Positions 33,879-42,832 of a DNA stretch of 62,176 bases are shown in pieces. The notes beneath the pieces are model-generated. The model searched no databases, had not been told where the DNA came from, and worked only from the letters and a program-made list of their open reading frames with translations. A program made the position numbers and the translations under genes. This DNA is from Desulfobacterales bacterium (GTDB taxonomy: Bacteria > Desulfobacterota > DSM-4660 > Desulfatiglandales > Desulfatiglandaceae). The stretch's first letter is position 1, and the number at the start of each line of letters is the position of its first letter. The DNA is taken from NCBI GenBank assembly GCA_014382905.1, contig JACNIU010000151.1, positions 1 to 62,176 on the forward strand, given 5' to 3'.

Positions 33879-36800
33879 TTACATCACCGCAGCATAGATC
33901 CCTTTCCCGGCCCCATAATACGATTCGTAGATATGTTGAAAGATGGCTTCTGTTTTCTGCTCAAAGAGTTTTTGGGTGTAAACTTCCGGCAACCCCCGGT
34001 CCAGCATTCTCTCAATGGTTACTCGAACATCAGCCCTTGACTGCTGCCTCTTTCGCCAGTCAAGCACCAGCTTCTCGCCTTTGAGTTTATTGAGCAGCTC
34101 CCGGGCTGTCTTCTTGACCTGCCCTCGCTCTTTAGGGGCGAGTTCTGGTTCCGGCTTCGTCAGGAGGTCAAAGAAGGCCAGTTCCTCCTCGGAGAGCTGC
34201 TCTGAAATGGTCCGCTTTTCCTCATCGTTCAGGTCCTGCGCAAAGTCCATCAGGCGGCGGAAGAACTCTTCAATATTGACACTTCCGGCATTGTACGCAT
34301 CAATCATCTGCTGAAACCGCTCCAGATAATTCATGCGGGAGCGGTTCATACGGACCATATGACGCAGTTTTCTCGCCACGGCACCTTTGATCTTTTCAGC
34401 CTCTGTACGCTTCCGTCCCTGCTCAAACCGCTGCCTCAAGGCTTCAAAATCGATTCGGCTTAGGTCTACCAGATGGTCTGCTCCATAGGGACCGGGCGGG
34501 TCCTCTATCACATAGCCTTCTGTTGAAATAGACCTGTCCAGCAAATCTTCAACGCTGTTCATGACACCCGTGATGTCTACTGGGGGCACAAGGGAGCGGA
34601 TTTTACCGGCCAGTGCCTTGAATAATCCCCGTGTTCCTGCATAGACATTGGCTGCGGGGTCCGGCAGTACCGCCTTATAGAGACGTTCCACCTGGTCGGC
34701 CAGGTTAAGAAATCCCTTCTTTATATCGTCTGTCTTCACCAGGGCCTCCACCGCATCGTCCAGCAGGCGAATTCGCTCCATAGCATCGGCCTTCTCGGCA
34801 GCCGCCACATCGATCCCGTTGTTCTTGCAGTATTCCGTGCATTCTTGAAGGGTCTTCTTCAGATCCTCCACCAGCGTGGCCTTTTCCCGGATCGGCTTTT
34901 CCCCTTCTGAAGCCACTCCCCCAGTTCCCGACCCATAAATAGCCAGTGCCTTTTCAAGGCTCCGAAAGACCCCCACATAATCCACGATCAGGCCATTCAC
35001 CTTTTCCGGAAACACCCGGTTCGCCCGGGCAATGGTCTGCATGAGCGTGTGGTTGCGCATGGGTTTGTCAAGATAGATGGTGGAGCAGGAAGGGACATCA
35101 AAACCGGTCATCCACATGGCGCACACAAAGACCAGCCGGAACGGATCATCCGGGTCTTTGAACTTGGTGTCCAGGTCCTCTTCCACCATGCGTTTTCGAT
35201 GAGGTCGGATATCAAGCCCTTTTTCCTTCATGTCGCGGATTTCATTCTGGGCCTGGGAAACCACCACTGCCATATCCGTCTCACCCATGAAAGCGAGCTT
35301 TTCCTTGAGTTCCTCCTGTCGTTCGTCATAGGACGTGGCCACATCGTCCATAAGCGTTGACAGGGCCTCTTTCCAATACTTCCTGACCTTTTCATACATC
35401 CTCACGGCCGTTGCCTTGTCAACGCAGACCACCATGGCTTTCCCCCAAAAGCCTCGGTTGGTGAAGTGCTTGACAATGTCCTCGGCCACCGCCTCTAACC
35501 GGTCGTCCCGGGTGATCAGGTGATACTCACGGGCGAATTCCCTTTCAAGCAGTCTCTCCTGTTCCTCGTCCAGTTCGGCATCTTCTAACAGCCGCTCCAT
35601 GTCTTCGTTGAGATTCTCATTGGAAAGCTGGAGTTCCGGTATGCGGTTTTCATAGTAGAGAGGGACCGTGGCCCCGTCATCTGCAGACTGTTTAAAGTCA
35701 TAGATACTTACATACTCCCCGAACACCTCCCGAGTCTTCTCCTCTTCTGCAATCAGGGGCGTGCCGGTAAAGGCCAGGAACGAGGCATTGGGAAGGGCCG
35801 TCCGCATATTCAAGGCCAGACGGTCGTACTGGCTCCGGTGGGCCTCATCGGTGATGACGATGATGTCATCCCGCTCAGATAACACGGGGTGTGCTTCATC
35901 TGTTTCTGTACGGAATTTATGGATCAGGGTGAACACATAGCGATGGTCTTCGGTCAGGAGCCGTCGCAGGTGGCGGCTGGATTCGGCCTGGGGTTTGGAT
36001 TCCGTGACGACCCCGCTTGAGGCAAAGTTCTTGTAGATCTGGCCATCCAGTTCTTTCCGGTCAGTGACAATCACAAAGGTCCAGTTCCCGAGCATCTTCC
36101 GTAGGACTTTCTGCGAAAAGAAGATCATGGACACGCTCTTCCCGCTTCCCTGGGTGTGCCAGAAGACCCCCAGACGGCCTTTTCGCGTTTTGATCTCCGT
36201 CATGGCCTCAAGGGCATTGTTCACGCCTAAATACTGGTGGTTCTTGGCGACAATCTTAATTAGGCCGCCCGGTGCATCCATAAAGAGGCTGAAGTTTTCT
36301 AACAGGTCCAGCAGCCTCACGGGGTCGCAGGTGCCCCGTATGATTGTCTCCAGGCTCACCGACTCGGCTTCTGTTTCGCTCTTCACCCGTTTCCACTCCC
36401 CAAAATGCTCCCAACCGGCGCTTACGCTCCCAACCTTGCTCTGGCTGCCGTTGGATAGAATAATGAGGCCATTGAACCAGAAAAGATGAGGGATCGTGTC
36501 CCTGTAATCGCTCACGTTTCCGGTATAGGCAGTCTCCAGCCGCTGGTGGACGGCTTTGAACTCCATGAGCACAAGAGGAAGGCCATTGACAAAACCCACC
36601 AGGTCCGGCCGGCGGGTGTACATATCGCCGGTGATCCATAGCTGAGAACAGAGCAGAAAGTCGTTTTCTTCCGGATGCTCCCAATCGATAACCCGGACCA
36701 CTTCGATGCGGTCATCCTCGCCGTCCGGGTCCGGGATTTCAACCCGGATGCCGTTTTTGATGAGGTCGTACACTTCCTTGTTAGCCGCTGCGAGGCTCAT

Positions 36801-37049
36801 ACGGGAGCGGTCCCGGAGGATTTCTTCTATGGCCAGGTCGACGGCCTGCGCGGGGAGTGCGGGATTGAGCTTCTCTAATGCGGGTTTAAGCCGGGATACT
36901 AACACCACTTCAGATTTGGTCTCGCGCCCCAGGGGACTGCCGCCCGTTTGCTCAAATTCATGAAAGGCGTCAACATGCTCCCAGCCCAGGTCTTTGAGCA
37001 TCTCGATGGCAGGTTTTTCAACCAGCGCGTCTTCGGAAAAGTCCGACAC
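33879..37049 (-). CDS. hsdR: Type I restriction enzyme R subunit
   Basis: GTG start. N-terminus ALVEKPAIEMLKDLGW, helicase motifs HTQGSGKS and VITDEAHRSQ, and a long C-terminal helical domain. 1056 aa. Confidence 0.92.
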   Translation of the reverse strand: MSDFSEDALVEKPAIEMLKDLGWEHVDAFHEFEQTGGSPLGRETKSEVVLVSRLKPALEKLNPALPAQAVDLAIEEILRDRSRMSLAAANKEVYDLIKNGIRVEIPDPDGEDDRIEVVRVIDWEHPEENDFLLCSQLWITGDMYTRRPDLVGFVNGLPLVLMEFKAVHQRLETAYTGNVSDYRDTIPHLFWFNGLIILSNGSQSKVGSVSAGWEHFGEWKRVKSETEAESVSLETIIRGTCDPVRLLDLLENFSLFMDAPGGLIKIVAKNHQYLGVNNALEAMTEIKTRKGRLGVFWHTQGSGKSVSMIFFSQKVLRKMLGNWTFVIVTDRKELDGQIYKNFASSGVVTESKPQAESSRHLRRLLTEDHRYVFTLIHKFRTETDEAHPVLSERDDIIVITDEAHRSQYDRLALNMRTALPNASFLAFTGTPLIAEEEKTREVFGEYVSIYDFKQSADDGATVPLYYENRIPELQLSNENLNEDMERLLEDAELDEEQERLLEREFAREYHLITRDDRLEAVAEDIVKHFTNRGFWGKAMVVCVDKATAVRMYEKVRKYWKEALSTLMDDVATSYDERQEELKEKLAFMGETDMAVVVSQAQNEIRDMKEKGLDIRPHRKRMVEEDLDTKFKDPDDPFRLVFVCAMWMTGFDVPSCSTIYLDKPMRNHTLMQTIARANRVFPEKVNGLIVDYVGVFRSLEKALAIYGSGTGGVASEGEKPIREKATLVEDLKKTLQECTEYCKNNGIDVAAAEKADAMERIRLLDDAVEALVKTDDIKKGFLNLADQVERLYKAVLPDPAANVYAGTRGLFKALAGKIRSLVPPVDITGVMNSVEDLLDRSISTEGYVIEDPPGPYGADHLVDLSRIDFEALRQRFEQGRKRTEAEKIKGAVARKLRHMVRMNRSRMNYLERFQQMIDAYNAGSVNIEEFFRRLMDFAQDLNDEEKRTISEQLSEEELAFFDLLTKPEPELAPKERGQVKKTARELLNKLKGEKLVLDWRKRQQSRADVRVTIERMLDRGLPEVYTQKLFEQKTEAIFQHIYESYYGAGKGIYAAVM

Positions 37050-37152
37050 TTATGACCCCCGTCAAAATTCTGAATTGTCAAAAAAAGACTTGACTTTTTT
37101 CCATTCTTGCCTATTATGGAAATAGCTCATCTACCATGTGTAGAAGGAGTTG

Positions 37153-37173
37153 GGCCGACGTTCTGCGTCGGCC
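37153..37173. other. Hairpin GGCCGACG-TTCTG-CGTCGGCC between the small-partner gene and the hsdR start
   Basis: Read directly. The T-run lies on the plus-strand side and an A-run on the other side. It is therefore not a canonical terminator for the minus-strand genes it separates. Confidence 0.4.
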
Positions 37174-37308
37174 TTTCCATTTTTATTTTATTTTCTTCTT
37201 GTATTTCTTATAAAGCTTCTTCCGCTTATGGGGATAATCCACATAAAAAGATGTGACTAATCGCCTTCCCCCATCGCGGTATCTTTTCATTATTACAACA
37301 AAGTCAAG

Positions 37309-37662
37309 TTATTTGAGCCATAGATAGGTCTTTACCGAACCATCCCCTTCCTTATAATCCCAGTTCAATAACTCAGGTTTGTCTCGATTCTCAATGACAG
37401 CCTTTATCCATGGCAGCCTTTCACAGCGTCTCATGTCAGGCAACCTTTCCCCCGTTTTTTTGTCTTCTCGGTGGGTAAGATGCCAAAAGATGCTTTCCTT
37501 ATCTCCCTCCATTTCTGGGAAAAACCAGACCGGCTTACCGCTGTATAGGGGCTGATTAAACTTAAAATCTCGCTCAAAAATTGAATAAAGGATGTCAAAT
37601 GTATCTTGCCCCCAGGGATCGACTCTAACCATCGGCGGCAGCCATTCAGGTAATTGGGTCAT
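37309..37662 (-). CDS. Hypothetical 117-aa protein translationally coupled (ATGA) to the DUF3800-like gene; an in-frame TAA is followed by 41 more sense codons
   Basis: The ORF track gives the ORF. The ATG at 37662 overlaps the DUF3800 stop. I recognise no motif. Confidence 0.55.
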   Translation of the reverse strand: MTQLPEWLPPMVRVDPWGQDTFDILYSIFERDFKFNQPLYSGKPVWFFPEMEGDKESIFWHLTHREDKKTGERLPDMRRCERLPWIKAVIENRDKPELLNWDYKEGDGSVKTYLWLK

Positions 37663-38372
37663 TGTTGTGTCTCCATGGCCTGCCAGCTAAAAATATTGAC
37701 TTTCTCCTCTCTCAGTAGGGTAGTCTTGGTCAGAGAATATCCGGATTCTTGCCTCATGAGTGCCACTAAGTCACCTTTGGCTTTACTCCCTCCATGTATC
37801 CTGTTAGCGTGAGAAACAGATCCAATGAGCAGGTCTGCTAATTGGAGTAGTTCCACCTGCTTTGATTCCAACAATTGAATACGTTCTATGATTTCTCTTG
37901 AGAAATCATACATATTATTACACAAAACGTCGTGCAGCTTAGCAACTTTTGCCCCACCGTGCGTATCCTTAATGTCGAGATAAACTCGATAACGAGATCT
38001 CGGTGTCAAAATCACCTTAAGCATGTCAAAATACATCTTGTAGTACCAAACATCATGGTCTTGGTTAGGGAAATCCGCATGGCGAAGTTTTGACTTGTCT
38101 GGGACGATGAGTGCCCTGAAATGGAGATCTTCTTCAGCGAAAAAATATGATATAAGATCTTCATAAAAAGCGATCTTACCCGGAGATACCTTGGTCCATT
38201 TGATCTCAAAACCCGGCTTCAGTCCATGCCTCAGCTTGGTTTCACGGATGTGCCTTGAGATCTCACGGGTTTTTTCCAAAGGGCACCAAACGGCTCCCAA
38301 AACCATGGCCTTTTGGTGGTCATTTTCCATGTGGCAGGATTCGTCGCAATAAACATTATACGTCGCAGTCAT
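37659..38372 (-). CDS. DUF3800-like protein
   Basis: ATG 38372 follows AAGGGGAG (the track start 38387 is TTG). N-terminal YNVYCDES and C-terminal LQLADLLIGSV match my recollection of the DUF3800 signature. Confidence 0.7.
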   Translation of the reverse strand: MTATYNVYCDESCHMENDHQKAMVLGAVWCPLEKTREISRHIRETKLRHGLKPGFEIKWTKVSPGKIAFYEDLISYFFAEEDLHFRALIVPDKSKLRHADFPNQDHDVWYYKMYFDMLKVILTPRSRYRVYLDIKDTHGGAKVAKLHDVLCNNMYDFSREIIERIQLLESKQVELLQLADLLIGSVSHANRIHGGSKAKGDLVALMRQESGYSLTKTTLLREEKVNIFSWQAMETQQ

Positions 38373-38480
38373 CTCGCTCCCCTTCAAACCGAGTAATCAT
38401 TCCCTCAATAACCCCGAATTGCCAACGATCAGATCATTCTCCAGATATTTTCCCTGTGGCTTTCAGGGACCCTTCGTCTA

Positions 38481-38663
38481 TCAATGGCGATACCGCTCTG
38501 TTCTGTAATCCGCTGAAACGCCAAGTGCCAAACCACACTTCACCCTTTGCCTGTATGGATAAAAAGCCTCAATGTGCCTCCAGCCCAGGTCGTTGAGCGT
38601 TTGGATAGCTGGCTTTTCCACCAGTGCGGCTTCAGTATAGCCACTTGCTGCTGACAGATTCAT
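38481..38663 (-). pseudogene. Remnant of an hsdR 5' end (about the first 33 codons), overlapping the hsdS stop
   Basis: SGYTEAALVEKPAIQTLNDLGWRHIEAF aligns with the intact HsdR N-terminus SDFSEDALVEKPAIEMLKDLGWEHVDAF. The similarity then stops. Nucleotide identity is roughly three quarters by eye. Confidence 0.7.
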
Positions 38664-39910
38664 GCGGCCTCCTCGGGGATATAAATGTCCAGGTCGGATA
38701 CATCCAGTTCGCCGGAGATGAGTTTGGGGAGGAGGAGGTTTCGGGTTTGGCGGAGGTTGTAATTTTGTTCGACCAACAACTCTACACGCCGCCTTATCGG
38801 GCGTGCGATAGCTTCAAAATCATGCATAAGAGTGCCGCACGGAATAGGCACTGATAACAGATAAATACCGCGTACGTTCAAACTATCCATTATCGCTCCG
38901 GCATCCTTCTTTCTTCTTACCTCATCTTCCATATGAGGCGATAGTAGATACTCAATGAGGTAGGTAGGTGTGAGCTTCCCTGCTATTGGTCGTACACCAG
39001 TCATATTTCTGCCTAAGGCCGCTTTCACGCCAGTAGGCATCTGCGCTACGGCAGCGATTCTCCCAACATTTGTAATTACGCAGTCCCCCTCTGAAACTTC
39101 TATACGACTTGTCCATTTCACATAATCATTCTCGGAAATCATGTATTTCCTTGAAAAGTCCAGTTTCCCCCCATCCACTACATTAAACAGCTGAATCAGG
39201 ATGCCCACACCCTCTTCACTTGCTTCCGGCTTCTTAGAGTGAAGACAATCAATGACCTCAACAACGTCTTTCATTAGGCTCACCTCCCACCCCTCCGGAA
39301 TCTTCCCCAGCGGAGAATCCACCATCCGCACCTTCTCATGTCCGGGAAAGCGGAACTTCACAAACCACTCCCGATAAAGGGCCTGGGCCATCTCCTCTAA
39401 GATCTTGATCCGCCGCAGGTTGTTCTCGATCAGGTCGTCATAGGCGGAGAGGATGGAGGCAATTTTGCGTTGGGTAGGGAGAGGGGGAAGACGAAGTTCG
39501 ATGCGCTTTAGGTTTGCTTGTGATAGCTTGGGTTGTGCTGCGCCTGTAATATATCCCGATATATTTGCCTGAGCAAACCATGCAAAAAGAAAATGATCAT
39601 CTGCAACGCCATTTTTGGCTCTGACTATATGCGCGTGATTGTTAACCCAGAATTTTCTTTGGGCAAAGAATGCAACTGGTAACTTTCGGCTGTTCAAATT
39701 CTCGCCATCTTCAGCGATAAGGAGATGCCGACCGTCAAAAATGAAATCGTCTATGTAATCAATAATTCCTGAAGCACCATAGTACGGATAAGGTCCTTGA
39801 CGCTGCTTACGCTCGTTTCCGCTGAGAGGTATTCTCTTATAATCGAAGATATCGACGACACCTCCGATAGTGGTATCGATCCATTTTGTTGTAGAATCAG
39901 AGCCCATCAT
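38660..39910 (-). CDS. hsdS: Type I restriction-modification S (specificity) subunit
   Basis: Two target-recognition domains separated by the conserved [24 protein letters not shown]...[15 protein letters not shown]-terminal [13 protein letters not shown]. Confidence 0.9.
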   Translation of the reverse strand: MMGSDSTTKWIDTTIGGVVDIFDYKRIPLSGNERKQRQGPYPYYGASGIIDYIDDFIFDGRHLLIAEDGENLNSRKLPVAFFAQRKFWVNNHAHIVRAKNGVADDHFLFAWFAQANISGYITGAAQPKLSQANLKRIELRLPPLPTQRKIASILSAYDDLIENNLRRIKILEEMAQALYREWFVKFRFPGHEKVRMVDSPLGKIPEGWEVSLMKDVVEVIDCLHSKKPEASEEGVGILIQLFNVVDGGKLDFSRKYMISENDYVKWTSRIEVSEGDCVITNVGRIAAVAQMPTGVKAALGRNMTGVRPIAGKLTPTYLIEYLLSPHMEDEVRRKKDAGAIMDSLNVRGIYLLSVPIPCGTLMHDFEAIARPIRRRVELLVEQNYNLRQTRNLLLPKLISGELDVSDLDIYIPEEAA

Positions 39911-41466
39911 ACCCCGCCCAGCAACCTGACCACATTCTCCCCAATCCGCTCCTCCAACTCCATCGCCTCCACGTTCAGCTTCTCCAGCTCTTCATTCAAC
40001 TCCTCAAGCCGCTCTTTAAAATCGAAGTCCTCCTCCTCTCGATCGGCTACGCCCACATAACGCCCTGGATTCAGACTCCAGCCCTGGGCTTTGATCTCCT
40101 TGAGGGTGGCCACCTTGCAGAGGCCAGGAATGTCCTGGTAAATGCCGTCCGGGAACTTCTCGGCCATCATATCGGCGCTGCCGTGAAGATTCTCAGGCGC
40201 TTTTCCCCGGTAGAGGCGGGCGATGTTGCCAAGGAATTCCACCTGTTCGGGGGTGAATTCACGGTGGGCGCGGTCTACCTGTTGGTAAATATCGCGGGCA
40301 TCGATGAAGAGGACCTTGTCGGCCAGGTCCGTGTCCTTTTTGCCCCGGTCCAGAAACCAGAGGGTGCAGGGGAGGGTTACGGTGTAGAAGAAATTGGAGC
40401 CTACGGCCACCATCACATCCACGGCCTGGTCCTTGATCAGTTTTTTCCGGATCTCCAGTTCTGAGGCCCGGGCATCGGATGCGGAATTGGCCATGACAAA
40501 CCCAGCCCTTCCGGTTGTGTTCAGGGCGCTGTAGAAGATCTGGATCCAGAGATAATTGGCATTGTCCACCCTTGGTAGGCCAAAAGGGAATCGGGTGTCA
40601 TCCTTGAGCCGGTCTTTGTCCACCCGGTCCACATTGAAGGGCGGATTGGCCATGACAAAGTCGAACTTGCCGTTGTTGGCCGTGCTGGTATGGAGGTCCT
40701 CATAGTAGGTGTTCCCCTGTCGGATATCTCCTGCCAGGCCATGCACCGCCAGGTTCATCTTTGCCAAACGGACCGTTTCCGACACCCGCTCCTGGCCGTA
40801 GACACTGAGAACATTATCGGGACTGTTCTTATGCTCTTCCACAAAACGGGCGCTCTGGACAAACATACCCCCGGAGCCGCACGCCGGATCATAGATTCGG
40901 CCATGATACGGCTCAATAATCCGCACGATGAGCCGGACCACCGAAGTGGGAGTAAAGAATTCTCCGCCCTTCTGTCCTTCGCTTAAAGCAAACTTGCCCA
41001 GAAAATATTCATAGATCTTGCCGAAGGCATCCCCCTCGATATCCATGGGGATTGAGGCCATAACCTTCAGGAGCTCCACCAGGGTGGCCGTCTCCAGCCT
41101 GTTGAATGTCTTTGGTAGCACATCTTTGAGGTCCCGGTTCTCGGCCTCCACAGCCCGCATGGCATCATTGATCGCCTGCCCGATATTCGCCCCTTCAGGC
41201 AGTTTCAAAAGAGTAGAAAACCGCGCCTCCTCAGGTAGGTAAAGTACCCCTTTTGCCTGATAATCCGCAGGCCCGATCTTCCTCCGGCCCTCGCCCTTAC
41301 CCTCGATCTCCTTTTGGACCACACTGAACTTCTGATCCGCATACCGCAGAAAGATCAACCCCAACACCGGCACCGCATACTCCGACGACTTCAGCTTAGA
41401 ATTCGCCCTTAGCTCATCCGCCGCCGCCCACAACCGATTTTCAACCTGGTTACTGTTTCCTGGCAT
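39907..41466 (-). CDS. hsdM: Type I restriction-modification M subunit (N6-adenine DNA methyltransferase)
   Basis: N-terminal HsdM domain [12 protein letters not shown] motif [10 protein letters not shown], catalytic MANPPFN. Its stop overlaps the hsdS start. Confidence 0.92.
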   Translation of the reverse strand: MPGNSNQVENRLWAAADELRANSKLKSSEYAVPVLGLIFLRYADQKFSVVQKEIEGKGEGRRKIGPADYQAKGVLYLPEEARFSTLLKLPEGANIGQAINDAMRAVEAENRDLKDVLPKTFNRLETATLVELLKVMASIPMDIEGDAFGKIYEYFLGKFALSEGQKGGEFFTPTSVVRLIVRIIEPYHGRIYDPACGSGGMFVQSARFVEEHKNSPDNVLSVYGQERVSETVRLAKMNLAVHGLAGDIRQGNTYYEDLHTSTANNGKFDFVMANPPFNVDRVDKDRLKDDTRFPFGLPRVDNANYLWIQIFYSALNTTGRAGFVMANSASDARASELEIRKKLIKDQAVDVMVAVGSNFFYTVTLPCTLWFLDRGKKDTDLADKVLFIDARDIYQQVDRAHREFTPEQVEFLGNIARLYRGKAPENLHGSADMMAEKFPDGIYQDIPGLCKVATLKEIKAQGWSLNPGRYVGVADREEEDFDFKERLEELNEELEKLNVEAMELEERIGENVVRLLGGV

Positions 41467-41669
41467 ATCGTCTAATCTCTTTGTACGTTATTGTTGATTT
41501 TAATTAAGGTATCAAGGACGCGATGTCCTCAATTGCTAATCCAATACTCATCGGCTCATTATTCATCCCCATAGTTTTTCAACGCCCATAACGCTGCGCG
41601 TTACCGGCGCGCGCCGATCTTCCGCGCGTCCGAGTACACGCGCTTGTTAGGCCTCCGTCATCAGATGTC

Positions 41670-42608
41670 TCATTCATCGGCGAGAAGGTCAACGAGGTCT
41701 TTGACCTTTCCGAAGATCTCATCAAACGTCAACACCGTTACGAGACCAAGGCTGGACCGGAACAGCTCGAATGATCCCCTCTGACAAGCGTCAAGTTGGG
41801 GACTCTCAAAACTCCCTGAGATGATCAAGCAGCGGGGATTGAAGGCACAGAACTGTGCCGCGTCTCCACGGGTTAACGCGTGGAAATTATGCAACAGTTC
41901 GTTACGATAATTGAGAACCTGAACGATTGATCCCGAGAGTTCCTCCGACATCGAGTACGCGTTCGCCCTGTACTTCGATCCCACGAGTTTCGCGACGGGT
42001 GTCTTGATCTCGACCAGCGTCGCGTTCCTGTTCGACTGCGTAACAAACAAAAAGTCGACAATGTTACCACCAGTATTCTCGAAGCTCTTCCCGCCAACAT
42101 AGCACTTCTGCTGGAGCAGCAAGATGTGATCTGGAACAGCTTGCGCAATAAGTCGAGGATTGTTGACAAACAAGTCCTGCCAGAACTCCTCGTCGGCGTT
42201 CGTCTTGTTTCTCTCCCACACCACGAAGGCCTCCGCTAGTGGTCGTACTTTGTTCCGGTCGGGCTGCGGTCTCTCGATCGCTCCCAGTTCAAGCGCGCGA
42301 ACAATACGTTCCTCATGGCGAGCTTTGGCCTGTTTGAGCCATTCAGCCGTGTAGGTCTCGGGATCGCGATCAATGATCACGTGATGCGTCGGGCACAGGA
42401 GGATCAGATTTGCCTCGTCCCACAGCTTTTCTGTTTCGGCGGCGTCATATCTCGGGCCACCAGGGTGCATAGCGTGAATGTGGCATATCTCGCCAACCGT
42501 GAGCCCGGACAGCTCCACGGGATATGCGCAACCAGGAAACGCGCATCGTCCCCCAGATTTTGCGAAGAGGAGCTTCTTTGTCTTTGCGGGAATCATTCTG
42601 CCTCTCAT
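41670..42608 (-). CDS. HNH endonuclease domain fused to a DUF4263 (Shedu SduA-like PD-(D/E)xK) nuclease domain
   Basis: HNH: CAFPGC...ICHIHA...NLILLCPTHH. DUF4263-like: NIVDFLFVTQSNRNATLVEIKTP. The start is either ATG 42608 or ATG 42596. Confidence 0.7.
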   Translation of the reverse strand: MRGRMIPAKTKKLLFAKSGGRCAFPGCAYPVELSGLTVGEICHIHAMHPGGPRYDAAETEKLWDEANLILLCPTHHVIIDRDPETYTAEWLKQAKARHEERIVRALELGAIERPQPDRNKVRPLAEAFVVWERNKTNADEEFWQDLFVNNPRLIAQAVPDHILLLQQKCYVGGKSFENTGGNIVDFLFVTQSNRNATLVEIKTPVAKLVGSKYRANAYSMSEELSGSIVQVLNYRNELLHNFHALTRGDAAQFCAFNPRCLIISGSFESPQLDACQRGSFELFRSSLGLVTVLTFDEIFGKVKDLVDLLADE

Positions 42609-42690
42609 TCTCCCTGCCTAACCAATCATTATACAGTTTCCGGATAATTCCATGGAAAATCTCTCATCTCACAAAAAACGGGCCAGGTCT

Positions 42691-42744
42691 TCCAGTTTTC
42701 TAAACGGATAACATGACAAAAGGGGTGACATCCAGAAAACTGGA
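42691..42744. repeat. 11-bp perfect inverted repeat TCCAGTTTTCT ... AGAAAACTGGA (32-nt spacer)
   Basis: Read directly, in an ORF-free AT-rich region. Confidence 0.6.
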
Positions 42745-42799
42745 TAAGTTGCTATGATTCTTATTTCTTAAATTTCCAAATTCGTTGCGACGATTTTCG

Positions 42800-42832
42800 C
42801 TCCTGACAGGCCGGGCAGTATCCTGTCAGGAG
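42800..42832. repeat. 11-bp perfect inverted repeat CTCCTGACAGG-N11-CCTGTCAGGAG
   Basis: Read directly. Confidence 0.6.

Noticed and set aside
37050-37140. Sigma-70 promoter for hsdR (TTGACA on the minus strand about 40 nt upstream of the GTG)
   Set aside because: No acceptable -10 hexamer lies at 16-18 nt spacing, so I cannot support a call from sequence alone.
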